A DNA stretch of 64,000 nucleotides from the NCBI GenBank assembly GCA_000708835.1, contig DF237016.1, forward strand, positions 181,852 to 245,851, read 5' to 3'. This DNA comes from Klebsormidium nitens (taxonomy: Eukaryota > Plantae > Klebsormidiophyceae). The translations under genes and the position numbers were made by a program. The notes under the pieces were generated by a model. The model worked only from the letters and a program-made list of their open reading frames with translations, made no database searches and was not told where the DNA came from. How positions within the stretch are numbered: the stretch's first letter is position 1; each line of letters opens with the position of its first letter. This document shows positions 25,510 through 38,700 of the stretch, in pieces.

Positions 25510-26559
25510 TTGATGGACACTTGGTTGGGCGCACTCCGTTCGAGTGGGATTCCTGCCGACGGGAGCTCACTCGGTGAACTGGGAAGCTCGTTTGGGTTGG
25601 AAAGCGCGACGGTGCGCGTGCCTGGCCTGGCAATCCCCGCAGCAACGGACAGATTTTATACGGAGTTGTGGGCGGACCGGAACGAGCGGAAGCGGAAAAG
25701 AGGCTCGTGGGCAAGATGCTGGCCATGTGCGCGCGCGAAACGCGAGCAGCTTGGGTTCGGGAGCGGGCAAAGGCGCTACGACGGCGCCCCGCTTCAGGGG
25801 GGAGCATCAGCCAGGGTTTCTACCCCCCCTTCCATTCCTGAACCTCAAGTAAGCAGGGTGAAGTCGGACCCCGCTAATCTGGCTCTAGCGGGGCTGGTGG
25901 TTGACCGGATTCAGGGGCTATTCGAGGCGCAGCAGTTGGAGTTCGAGCAGGGGGACGACCTGTCCCTGGAACTGACCCCCCCTCAGCTGGCCCGCTTGCA
26001 GCAGCAACACAGCCTGATGCGGTCCGCTCTGACGTTTCTGCAATCCCTTGACGGAGGAGGAGGGGCAGAAACACGTGATGGTGTCCGAGGGGGAAACGGA
26101 GTGGAGGGCTTTCCGCCGCTGTTAGTCGAGGCGACGAGTCACCCCGATCGAGCCACGAACATGACCGGCGGGCCGTCCGCGGGCGAATATGAGATCACGT
26201 CGATATTGGCCAATAACCATCGGAGAAAGACGGCTGAGCGGAAATCGTTGGGGGCGGAATCAAGGGCGGAACCGCACGAGAACCTGAGCGCTTCGCCAGA
26301 GCAAGACTGGGGAGAGTCCCAGGGGACGGTCGCCGGGAACGCGCCACGCTTTAGTGACTCGAGCAAAGTGCCCGGGGCAGACCCCCGGGGCAATGTCGCC
26401 CCATCAGCCCAGTCATTCGAAACGGGTGCTTCCATCGAGAGTCACCGATGGTGCGGTTCTGACTCGTCTTTAGAAACGGTACAGAAAGAGGGGGACTGGA
26501 GTGTGTTTCCTTTGGAGTTGCCTCGTGACGAGTTGTGGGACATGCTCGCGGATGATTGA
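25510..26559 (+). CDS. Hypothetical protein, probably a large terminal exon
   Basis: 349-codon GC-rich ORF preceded by an acceptor-like TTTGACTACAG; contains a helical-looking segment LALAGLVVDRIQGLFEAQQLEFEQG...MRSALTFLQSL and an acidic C-terminus. No family recognised. Confidence 0.55.
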   Translation: MMDTWLGALRSSGIPADGSSLGELGSSFGLESATVRVPGLAIPAATDRFYTELWADRNERKRKRGSWARCWPCARAKREQLGFGSGQRRYDGAPLQGGASARVSTPPSIPEPQVSRVKSDPANLALAGLVVDRIQGLFEAQQLEFEQGDDLSLELTPPQLARLQQQHSLMRSALTFLQSLDGGGGAETRDGVRGGNGVEGFPPLLVEATSHPDRATNMTGGPSAGEYEITSILANNHRRKTAERKSLGAESRAEPHENLSASPEQDWGESQGTVAGNAPRFSDSSKVPGADPRGNVAPSAQSFETGASIESHRWCGSDSSLETVQKEGDWSVFPLELPRDELWDMLADD

Positions 26560-28296
26560 GGGAAGCGCAGAAAGATCTGCTTCGCGGATTCGTTGAGTGG
26601 GCTTGAGTTGAGTTACCGGGTTAGATTATTGGTTAACTGATGATGTACAAGGGTAATCTTTGAACAGTCATTTATAATATCTACTTTGAAAGAGCGTACG
26701 GTTGGACTACCGTTCTGAAACGTTTCGTACATGTACATCGTACACGTACATCGTACACGTTTCGTACACGTACATGTACATCTCGGTAAAGAGAGCTTCC
26801 TCTTGTTTATGTAACTTCGGCGGAGACTGGCAAAATATCCTCTGAGCAAATTATTGCACGTACAGTGAAGCTGTCCGGCCGCGCTCCCATGTATACTAAT
26901 CTCGCCCGGGCATGCACAGTTTCTGGCACATAAGCACGTATCGTATACGCCAGCATAAGTCATCGCGACACGACCAACTGATCGCGGATGGAAGTGCCAT
27001 CGAAGCCGTTGTTGGACCAAAGCGGCCATGCACGATCTCACAGCTATTCGCCGCTGGACTTTTCATAACGTCGATCATCGTTTATGTGTAACATCTTAAC
27101 TTGGGTCGCGATTGGACCGTCTCATTATGCATGAAGCACGCCGGGGGTAGAGTTTACTCCAACTGTAGCTTTTATTGCATGCATGGGTTTCTTCGAGGAC
27201 TTCGGAAGCAACTTCGATGGTGAGCGTTGCGCAAAACGCCCCGGGCGGCCGTTCGCACAGTTAATGGCATTCGCGGCGGTGCCGATTTGGAAAACACACA
27301 ATATGCGGCACCCCTTGAATGAAACTTCATTGCTTCATAAAGTCAACGATCCGCATGCACGACTGAACCAGCTTCGCACGCTGGCGTCAACCAGACTCGC
27401 AGGTTGCCGCCGCTGCAGGCCAGGGGCATTTCCCTTTTGCAGTGTGCTGCGGATAACAATTGACGAACACTGTGCCAGCTCCGTTTACATCCTGCGGACT
27501 TGACGCAGGACCCCTTGACAAGCTAGTAGCAGCACGCCAGAGGGGTCGATAGTTCTCAATGATGGTCGGAGGCGCAAAGAGGTGGAGGCAGCAAGTGCGG
27601 CGGAAGGGTGACAGTCAGAGGGACCGCCGTTTCCCCTCCTCCATCAAGAGAGGGCACTCCTGCTCTGTATTGTGCCCAAGCGACGGTGTAAGGAGGATCG
27701 AACTACAAGGGACGGCAGGTGTCAGCGCACTTTTACAACGCTTTTCCAAATGCATTGAGCTTACGTGCTTACCAAAGTTGAGGCTTCGCGCATCCCTTTT
27801 GTAAGCCTGAAAGAACTGTTCTTGTTATTGAGCTCCGAGTCGAAGATGCAAGACTGAGATCGCTGCGCTTTTGTCTTTCGTACGCAAATCTCAGGCACGA
27901 CAGGCGAAATGGCTCTCTTATACGGACGTTTCATATCCAGAAATGCCACTTTCTGTGCACCATTCTGGCTTTTATTTGTTTTCCACTGATCATTCTTCTC
28001 TGATTTGGGCCCAGCTTTTTTCAACCTTCTTTGCATTGTGTGCTATTGTAACCTGTATTCTGTTTGAAAGTTTTTGATAAATTCAATCTCAATTCCGACC
28101 AGGCGGCACACAAAAGCGTACCTCTGAGCAGGATTCAGAGTCCTTTCAAGTCACCAACAAAAGCATCCCCCGCGCTCTGCAAAACTGCGTCGCAGATGGC
28201 TTCCTCATCGAGCAGCCCGTGGTGCACGGGTGCAAGATGCGGTGTGAAAGGGCGCCAGGCAATCTCCTAGGCTGCTTCTTGCTGAATGCGCGACAG

Positions 28297-28509
28297 GAGA
28301 AGGCGACCCAGGGTGAGCATGCGAGAGGAACTGGTCCAGAAGTGGACGACGCTGGCAGTCCCATCTTTGTCGACCTGAGCGCCCATGCCCATGCCCTCCG
28401 AACGGAACTCAGGAAAGTGGAGATGGTCGTCCTGGACGATTGCAAAAGTAGCGGCCTGCGGGAGGTCAAGTTGATAAAGGATGCCCTCTGCACTGCTAGG
28501 AAAGATTGA
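28297..28509 (+). CDS. Possible terminal exon of an unknown gene
   Basis: Open frame after an AG (EKATQGEHARG...LRTELRKVEMVVLDDCKSSGLREVKLIKDALCTARKD*); no partner exons found. Confidence 0.25.
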   Translation, partial: EKATQGEHARGTGPEVDDAGSPIFVDLSAHAHALRTELRKVEMVVLDDCKSSGLREVKLIKDALCTARKD

Positions 28510-28846
28510 AAGGGCGATGGAACAGGATTCGTAATAAAGATTCAGATCCGTCGGAAAGGTCGTGTACATAGTCAGGGGCTGAAAGCGATATTGGCACCAG
28601 CAAGGACGACTCTAATAGTCCTCGAATGTTCCAGAAATTCAGCAGGCTGTTGGAGATCAGATCATTAAAAAGTGCGATCCACGAAGAGATATTACAGCAT
28701 TATATTGCTAGCACAATCTGTCCACTGCTTGGTCTTCCAAGCATTCTCCACAAGCTTTTCTACAGCCTGAGAAACATATCAATTTTAAGCCTTCGATCAT
28801 GGCCTGTATAGGGTCAGGCATGTCAAGACGAAATAGCAACTGGTTC

Positions 28847-29191
28847 TCAACCTGTCTTGTTAACTGACATGGTCACTAAAAGTTCTATGAACTCTCGTTA
28901 CCTAGAACAGTACGTAAAGTTGTACGACTCTATTATGAGTACATCTTCATCGGTTTCTCAATACAAGGAATCTGAGCTGTCATGAATTGCTCCCTGCCTT
29001 CGACCCGCCTTCGACCACTTTTGAGGTTTTCAACCTGTCTTGTCAACTGAAATGGTCACCAAAAGGTCTATATCATGAACACTCTTTACCTGGAACAAGT
29101 ACGTAGAGTTATACGACTCTATCATGAGTACACATCGGTTTCTCAAAACGAGGAATCTGAGCTGTCATGAATTTCCTTCTGCCTTTGACTA
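28847..29191. repeat. Diverged tandem duplication, period about 183 bp
   Basis: TCAACCTGTCTTGT...GGAATCTGAGCTGTCATGAATT present twice (28847, 29030). Confidence 0.85.
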
Positions 29192-29711
29192 CTTAAAGTG
29201 CTTCGAACACCTTACTCATTTCGCAGTCATCGATGTACGTCCCGAACAACTGAACTGATTGGATCAAAGCATCTCGCCCGGGTCTGGTTGCACACTGGCT
29301 AACTTGATTAGAATACATGGGCCGGAACTTTGTCGTCATATATCGTTGTACTACAGCGTCCCTGTCGATCGGTCCCACGCATACCTCGAGCATAGTTCAT
29401 AATAAGAAGTGTCGATCCATCTTATCCGTTCGGATCCGGCATCGGATCACAGGTATGAAACATTGAATGACGGACGCGTATACAGCAACTTGCGCGCAGC
29501 TATGCTGCGTGCGTCGGGATAGATACAGGGATATCGCCTCTGGCAAATGCTGCACGGCAAGCTGGAGAACGCCGTGACGTGGACACGAGATCCAGAAATG
29601 GGCTCCAAATGATCAAGCACCGCGCGAGTGCACTGTGCATTCTGAAAGCAGAAAGAGCGGATCCACTCATTGCAAGACCGCCCAAACGCACTAGCCTCCG
29701 CACAGGCACCG

Positions 29712-32700
29712 TTATCGCATGCTTTTAGACAGCTTTTGATGGGACGTCCTCTGCTTGTTCTCATCGAGCGCCGCATGACACAGTGGGCAGCTCTGCGTGG
29801 TGCCCAGCTCCGAAAGGATCATGAGGTGCTTGCATGTCCGACACTTGACTCTATCTTCCGATATGATGGACCGCCCGCTCGCGACACACACCGGGAAGGT
29901 CGCCTCGCAGCCTTCCGTCGGGCAGCGGCTCGACCAATCCTGCGAGAGCACGTGTCGCAAGGTCAGCTCAGGTAAATAATTGCTAGCAAATTGCGTAAGA
30001 ACGTTGAGAAGCAACCTATGAATGTATCTGTTGATTGTAAGGGACTTGCCCTCGACTCTTAGCTGAAAAGCACTCCCTCGATCACGCTTTGCATAACTTC
30101 CTAGTGAATTTCGACGGACGACTGAGCGTTAATCAGCCGAAAATGGACAAGCAGTCGGCCAAAGAGGAGGATTGAGAGCTTTGGGACGAGGAACCTGCTA
30201 CGTGCTGACACGATTGATCAGGCAAGACGAGGCCTCGTATTGTGAAAGCCTACTGACCCACCACTTGAGGCCCCAAGGATAGACAAAATCCACAGTTCTA
30301 TGTTTCCTTGAACGCGGCTTCAGAATGCACAAGTTCAAGCAGATTATGCGCGCACCTGCACCGGCCCGCGGCAGAGCGGACAGGCCTGCGCCCTGCCCAA
30401 GGGATCCTCCGGCTCCCGGTCGGCGAAAATGTTCAAAGCCAAGTCGGCAAACGCTTCCTGTTTAGCAGCCGGGAGGTCGGGGTGTGACTCCAGGCGGATG
30501 AAGGCTTGTGAGCACTGCTGGTAGTGGCGGCTGTAGAAGGCGGTGAGGGCGACCAGGGACGCGACGTCGACGGAACTGAGGACGTCCTCGTAGTCGTGGA
30601 GGCGCAGCGCGGTCTTCATGGCCGCGTCCGCGTTGCCTGCGTGAGGGTCGAAGTCTGCTCGGAACCAGGCCTTACTGACTGAATTGACAGGAGATCAGTC
30701 AAGCTAACGAGACAGATACTGATGCGCCTCCTTCGCCGGGGGGAGAAACAAGTAGAACACGCTAGACAATGATTTTTGGCTGAGATCTGTAGGAACTCTC
30801 GACTTTTGAGGAGAATAGTTTTATCTGTACTGCACTGTCAGCTTCTCGAAGACGTTTGCCCCATTCCTGCCGCCTCTTCGCCTTCAGCAGCTTCCCGCAA
30901 GGCTGAGCGCCATTTCTCCTCATGCCCCGACGCTTCGAGTAGGAAGCCACGAATAAGGTGCATATTGCTGCTCTGATTGCGACGCGCATGCATATGGGCA
31001 GCGCTCGATGGGCGCGCGCGCTCTCTTTGCTGCCGCCGCGCGTACCTGCGTAGAGCTGCCTGTGCGCGAGCAGCCAGAGGTGCCAGCCCTCGGCCCCGTG
31101 CCACGCGCCCGCGAGCGACCGGTCGAGCCCCGTGGCTTGGTCGTGCTGGATCAAACCTTCCAAGGTTGCGGCCGCTGCCGACTTGGTCGTTCCGGCGGAA
31201 CCCTGCGGCAGGGGGGCCGGAATATTGACACGTTGAAACTCTGGATTTTACTGTTCCTGGCTTGCCGTGTTCCGTGGTGATTACTGCGGCATGGTGATTG
31301 ATGTTGGGCTCGTCATTCACACAGCGAAAGTTCGTGATTTTGAGGCGGTGAAGTGAAGGAAGCCCATTAAGTTCATCGTTGCGGCGGTTTGCAAGCACGC
31401 GAAGCTTTCCCGTCGTTGCACCGTCGCTTGGTTTCAATCACGCGACACAGCGCTGCCCCGCAAAATGACTCAGTCTTTGCAGACAATTGAAGGTTCCTTT
31501 ACCTGCAGGCTCAGGGTCTTCTTCCGGAACTCTTCCGCCTCGAGAGCGGCCAGTATGTACAGTTTCTTAACCCTCTGCGGGCTTGCCTTGGCCGCGGCCG
31601 CGTCCCGCGTGAGTGCGCTCAGAAGGCGAGCCGCGTCTGAGTGGTGGTCCGCGCGGCGGTACAGCTCAATTGCCTGGAAACAAACATCGCGACTTGTCAG
31701 GACCATGGGCTTGCAGAAATGACAATCCAGGCTCCTCTTTGCAGAAATCATTTGGACTAGATTACAGTCAGAATCAGATGAGTGAAATTGCGTTCTCGTC
31801 GCAATTATGAACTCCGCAAATGGATGCCTTACTAAATCCAAGCGACTTGGGTCATAAGGCCAGAAAGCACATGCATTTCAACATCTTTTGGAAGGTCGAG
31901 AATCCTAGATCAGACCCTACATGGTAAGCGTCCGTCATGGCACTCACGTATACCATGTTACCAAAAACCGCGAGAAACCCACGTCACCACAATTTTAGAA
32001 GACCCTGGGAAGTTGTTCATTCCGAAAACGCTTCACTGGACTTTTGACTCCTCAAGAAAGATTTTCTGCGGTCAAAACAAAAGAACTCGACACGAGAGCC
32101 AGCAGTTCTGCGCCTTGCCTGCAGCTGCTTCCCTTTGTCCAGCAGGTGGTTGGCGTACTTGGCGAGCAGCGCCTCGATGTGGCCCGACCGCTGCTGCTCC
32201 GCCAGCCGCACAACGCGGTCCCACTGGTTCAGCACCACGCAGCACTCGATCGCAGCCTTCACGTCGCCCGCGCGCAAAAATGCCGTCGTCTGAGCAGGAA
32301 GAGAAACGGATTTCAATGCACAAAGGAGCGGTTTGGGATGATACTTCTGCGTCTCAAAGGAAGGAGAACGGAGAGGAGAGACTCTAGGAGGGGTTCTCGG
32401 TCCAGTGCAAGCCAATCAAGCGGTTATTGCCTACCTGCAAGAGGCCGTTGGAAACGATTTGAGGACTGATTGCACATACTTTCAGGAACGCGTTGGCGGC
32501 CTTATTCTTTCAATCAAAGCCTAAAACTCATCGCTAAATTACCGCCGTGCTTGTGGCCCATCGCCGACTTCGGCCCGCAATCAATCGAGGCCGCCAAACC
32601 CCTGCCAACTCCCTGCCAAACCTCTGCTAAACCCCCGCCAAACCCCGGTGCTCACCGCGTGCTCGCAGATGCCGACGCTCGCGAACCGCTCCCCGATGAC

Positions 32701-35700
32701 GCCCAGCAGCGGGCTGCCCTCTGGCAGCGTCGCAATCAGCTTTTCCAGGCCCGCCCAGTTCTCCAGTACGTAGAAGCACTGCACGAGCGCCTCCGTGTTC
32801 TTGGCCTGCGCGTAGTACTGCGCGGCCTTGCCCCACTTCTGGCGGTCCGTGTAGTAGTCGCCGATCCGATTCCAGGCAGTGGTCAGCTGCGAGTCGTCGC
32901 CGCCGCCCGCCTGGAGCAGCTTCTCCACTCTGCGGGTAAAGTCGGGTGATCACTCTACTACATGTCGTTGCCCTGAATCACCTGGAATCCCACCGTGAGT
33001 ACTTCAGCATCTTACTGCTTGGCTACAGCTCGGTGAAGTGTGTGCAAGCTGTTAGCGATGCTAGCGGTTGCGCTCGGATGTGCGGATGTCAACGTGAATG
33101 GAACGAAGCCTTGCTAACCTCGAAATTTACTCTACGAATTGGACAGAAAACTCCTAGAAACGCGACGTTGTCACGTCCCAATTGCAGCGCTGTTCCGAAT
33201 CAGGCCATCTTCACCAAGCCATTGTGGGCCGCAGCACGTGATATTCCAAACCAGGGAGCCAGGATCCCTGTTATTCCACAACATAGGGCTCCAGTGCCGG
33301 GCTCACTTGAACCAGTCGCCCAGCTTGGAGCGCAGCTGGATGGCGAGGTCGGGCCGGTCCAGTTTGTCGTAGATCCGCTCCGCCTCGTCGAAGCGCCGGA
33401 AGTACACCGCCACCTCCGCCGCCTGCTTCTCGCGCTCGTCCAGCAGCTGCAGCCGCTTCACAAACTGCGCGAGCAGGGACGCGCCGTTAGCTGCGAACTC
33501 GGAAGCTGAGCCGCAAGGCCGGAAGCGTACCTTCTGTTCTCGGAGCTATTGCTCCTCCTCGGACAGGCCTGAGGAGACGACTAAGAAGCCTTGCTAAGTG
33601 CAATTTTCAAACTCAAAGCTGAGTTGATGCTTGGCTGCCGCTCTGTCCCCAAGGCCTCGTAACGGGGCTTTTATTTTCTTGTGCAAAGCACCAGGCTCAC
33701 GGGTGGGTTCTCAATCTTCTACAATCTTCAGGAAATGTCAGTATGTGCTTCTCAGAGGCGTAAGAGGAACTTTCACAACTCCTAGATGGGGAAAGCAGAT
33801 CAGCCCTCAAACGAACTCTTCGTGTTTGCAAATCACAAATTCCGCCAGCGCCTTTCTCGACAGCCAGCGCACATGCTGCATGCGTGCGCACCTGGATGCC
33901 GTAGTAGTCCTGCACGCGCACGAATGCCTTCTCGGCGGTGGCCCAGTCTAGTTTCTCCAGCGCGTGCTCCGCCAGCAGCTTCCACAGCCGCGGGTGCGCG
34001 TGCTCCTCCACGAACTGGTACGAGTCCGCCAGACTCGCGTCCGCCAAGATCGCGCGCAGATCGCGCAAAGATTTCGTCTCCAGATGCAACAGGTGGTCGC
34101 CCTCCGGCGCGTCGGGCTTGCGCATGATGTCTTCCAGCGAAACGGCTTTGATCTGGCGGGGAAAGCAGCCTTAAAAGATTACACCAGAACTACCACGGAT
34201 TGAAATTTCTTCACTGCGCTTGCCGATATGTACTTCTGATGATTGCAAGTCGTGAATGAGAATGGAGTCGATCCTGGCTGGACGACCTTGACTGAAAGAG
34301 AGGTCAGGTAAGCGGAACATCGTAAAAATGAAGAACGAAAGCGAGCAACTGCAAATGCCTAGGCGCTGAAAAGCGGTTCAGGAAACCGCACTACCGAGTG
34401 CTTCTTGCCTACCCATGTCTTAGTTTCAACACCTCGGTCTGCAGAAGACGAACAGCCTGCTTGGATATTTAGAGTCCCTATTTGCTCGCCGAAAAAAGAC
34501 CTTACTTGGACGCAAAGCGGTCTTGAACTCTTGTTAAAAGCAGCTCGTAACAGGCGGCCCGCTTCCTGCCATTCCTCGATGATACCGCAAATCTCCCTTG
34601 ACTATCAACCACCGATGGTTTGTCCTAGGCGCCCACCTCTAGGTCGGTGAAGGTGCAGAGGTAGCCGGTGGAGTTGACCGGTTCCTCGGGGTCCGTCCCC
34701 CGGAAGATGTACATCTTGGCCTTCTCCATCACGGCCAGCAGCTCCGGATTGTCGTCCGCCCACCGCATGTCCCACACGTCCTTCCGTTCGAAGTCCGCCA
34801 CCAGCCGGCCGGAACCACCCTGCGGAACGGAACGGGCAAGGTTATTACAAGGGTAAGCAGACTGAGGTGGGAAGTGTTGAAAGCGGCGATCTTTGTGCGG
34901 TGGGACTTGCAGAGTTGACAAAAAGCTGACCCTCTCCCGTCATACTCTTGCAGTAAGTCCCCGAACAGATCCAGATGCTTATTGACTTCCCGGAATACAG
35001 GGCATAAGCCCAAGAAACGTAGGAAGCGCTTCGGACGTAAGTAATGTCTTAGTGTAGGTCTTCCATTTGTTTCATACTTCCATCTGGCACGTTGCTCCAG
35101 GCCACCATCTTCAATGAAAGTAATAGATGGCGACGTACCGCCGCGTTGTCGTTTCCGTCGATGTCGTACAGGGTGAGGACTCCGTTCGCGTCGATGACGG
35201 ACATGCGGGTCGACTCGCAGTTGAGCGCAAGCGCTGCAACGCGGGGCAACAGGGGTCATGGCATCCGACAATGCCAAAGCGAATTAGAGTTTGATCGAGC
35301 GAAGGAACGAATCACTCTTGTCATTACATCAACTTTATCTGAGCAAACGTGATCTAAACTCATCTTTGATCTTCGCCGACGGAGGGAAAAGGACCCTCCG
35401 GATGGCTGAGTTTTGAAAGTAAAGGCAAAACATCAACCAGAAAGTGATCCCTACTGCTGTTGGTTAAGCAAGTTGCTCCATGTACGCAAAGAAGATCAAA
35501 TGATTGGCTTTCTTTGAGACCATGCTCAAACTCTACTTCCCCACAGGTCATGACTTTCCCATTCGGTGGTCTGATACGGATTCTAAGCCGGAAATGGTGG
35601 CCGCGCGCGCACCTTGCGGCTTGCCGCGCAGCGCGTACTTGGCCTGCAGGTTCATGGCGGGCAGCGAGTAGTGCTGGACGCTTCCGGACGCCCGGCCCAG

Positions 35701-38700
35701 CACGAGGCACGTGTCGGACGCGCACAGGCACGCGATGGGGTCCTCTACGGCCGCCGTAGACGCCGCCAAATCCGGACCGGTCTGCAACGAAAAGAGGGGG
35801 CCCGCTGGTGAAGACACCACCGATGAAAGTCAAGTGGTTCAGAATCGAGTATTCCTGGAACAACTCGGTCACACTCTAGAGATTTCCCGTCTATTACTCT
35901 CAGCTCACACTGCCTTTTGTCACCACGGGTTCTTGCTATGGTCCAGATTCTGCGGTTAAGGTTGTCCTGGAAAAAGCAGAATGATGTCCGTCACACCATT
36001 GGGGCAAGGCCCTCGCTGTGAAGTGTATGGGGCTGAAAGCTTTGCGACACGTTATCGCTAACCGCCTTTTCGTCGACAAGCTCGGGTATCAACCTGACCG
36101 TTCCTCCATACAGACTCCGCAAGCGAGCAATGTCTTGTGCGGTCAGACTCGTTGTCAAGAATTCAGCTCACAATTGCCCCAGCAACGTTTGCGGGCAGTC
36201 CGGGGATCCTGTAGCATCCTTCTCTATTCAACAGAGAGCCTCGCTTACGTCCATCGACGAGCTCCGCCTGGCTGCCACGTCATCGATCCGGAACTTCCAC
36301 TCCTTGCCCGGTTTCAACGTAGAAGCCGCGCCGGCATCCGCGGCCGCGTTCGCGCCCTTCGGGGCGGACCGGTACTGCCAGGCCCACACCCACTCCTCGG
36401 AAGCCACCGCCAAGAGGGTCTGCGCAACAACGAGGGCGGTTGACTGATTGGATCTCGCAGTTCTTTGCAGCCTTTGACCTTCGTTTTCGGAGACGCGGGC
36501 ATCCAGCCCTGACCGTGAAGAGCTACGTTTGGGCGACAATTGCGCCCCCGGAAGTCTGAATGATGTAGTTGCGAAAAATCCGTAAACTGTGCTAGAGGTA
36601 CGCGCCCAAAGCATTTCTCGCGGCCCACAACCTCATGGCTTTTAACACCGCTTGAAAGTGTCCCCGGTGCCATTCCAAGTGCATAATCCACGACTAACAC
36701 AGCTCTTTGAACAGGTTTTTAAGATGTTAATGCCACCTCTTAGGTGCAGGACGAAATGCAACGTCCCGAAGAAATACGATTGGCCATTGAGCTCGCTCCA
36801 ACCTTACCGCTCACATAACCAAACATTACATCCCCTCACATCCCGCTGCTATTCATCTGCGAAAATCTTGGAAGCACCTGAAAGACATGATTTCCAAATC
36901 CCAACCATAGAAGACGTTCGACAACAAATACGGGATTCCCGCAACCTTGCCTGCGTCATCGTGATGTGGCGCGGCTCCACGTCGATGTAGCGCGTCTCGA
37001 GCGGGCTGCCGATCGCGTCGCAGAGCACGACCACGTACTGCCCGGCGTCCTCTCCCCTGGCGGCCAGCACGCAGTGGTCGCCGGCGGCGCGGATGCCCAT
37101 CAGCCGCTGAACGTACTTGCAGTATCTGCGCCAAAAGACCGAGAACTTTGAGCGCGACTCAGAGGCGGCTCGATGCTCGCAATCTTCGCGCAAGCTTTTG
37201 CTGCAAAGAAGTCATTTGCACCCTTGCAAGGATCGCGATGCAAGCACCCCGCTCCGAGCAGAGAGCAGACAATGAAAAGCAGTTCCCTATGGTTAATGAT
37301 TCAGATAAGTGGCGGTGCCGATGCAAGCAAGTTACTATCTCCCTCCGCGAAACCCGTGCCCTCACAATCCAGGTTCTTCAGACAATAACAAATAAACGGA
37401 AGCCTAAACCGCGCGCGCCCACTCACTTTTCGTTGCTCCCGGTGTCCCAGAATGTGACGCACTGCTCGGAGCGGTCCGCCTTGACGTGCGCGTACACGCA
37501 GGTGTTGTTGAAGTAACCCCACTTGTAATCAGGCCGCACGTTGGCAAAGTAGATGAAGGAATCGACCGCGAGCGCGACCCGCAGGCCGCCGCCCTCCCAC
37601 GATAGGGAGGCGATGCCGGAGCCCGGGACGCGGAGCGTGCGCAGGAGCGCGCCTGCGGGGGTCTTGGGGTGTTAGCAGCTAGGTTGCGCGCCTTTACAGA
37701 GGGGGTTTAAGGGTTTGGGTTTTGGGGTTCTGGGGAAAGGACGGGCGCTCACCGCACCTCGAAAGGTAGTGTGGTCTGCCGCTTTCGATATCAACCTTTC
37801 TTTGAGGAAGGAAAGCAGGGCGAAACTGTTTGACGCCTTGAAAGAATAGAGCCAGCGGTTCTGGTTTTTAAAAGAGCTGACAATCAGGTGGGGGCGCCGC
37901 TTGTATGCAGCAAAAGACTTATACTGCATGACAAGCCAAAGTCGGCTGTCCCCTCCCAACATTACCTCAGCTTGTGAGAGCTGGTGTCAGCTCGGACAAA
38001 CCACAGCCGGGATCGATGATGTAACCGGACTGGTTTGGCACGCCGGAAGCTTGCCTTGGTTGGAGTAGAACTGCACGGCGGGCGTCTCCTTAGCGTCGCC
38101 CTTGCCGTCGCTCGTTCCGGGCGGCAGCGTTCCGGAGACGGCCAGCACGGTTCCATTGGAGTTCCAGGCAATCCGCGCCGCGCGCATGCCGCAATTCACA
38201 AGCAGCGGCTCCTCGTCCGCCTCGTGCCGCATCAACTGCACAGCAAATCTGTCGGTTGTCTCTTTTCCTCGTTGTTTCTTTCTTTTTCTTCTGCTGTGGA
38301 CGTCTGGATTGCTATCCACACCTTTACGCCCCGAGCTTCCTTACTAATCATTGCAGGCCCTTTCAGAGTGACCTTGATAAAGCGAACGGGTGAGCGGATC
38401 TTCGTTGCATTGACCCGAACCTCCGAACTGGAGCACTTGAACCAGGGGGGCCGCAGAAAATGGGTTTCGGAGCTAGCCAGAACCCTTAAGTTGCTTGAGG
38501 ATCGTAGATGTTTTGAACACGTAAAGGCATGCACGGTTTAGCGACGTCGTGCTTCAACCTATGCTGCAATCACTGGAAAACAATCAGTGCACCTTGGCGT
38601 CGTGGAAAATCTCGAAGAGTCTCTGCAAAGAAAGACCGAAATTGTCGGCCGATTCGCGACCCGCACCTGAAGCCTGCCGTTCTCAAAGGCGACCGCGAGC

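Noticed and set aside
37700-37740. Telomere-like G/T-rich runs in introns (also about 53260 and 58220)
   Set aside because: Too short and degenerate to call interstitial telomeric repeats.
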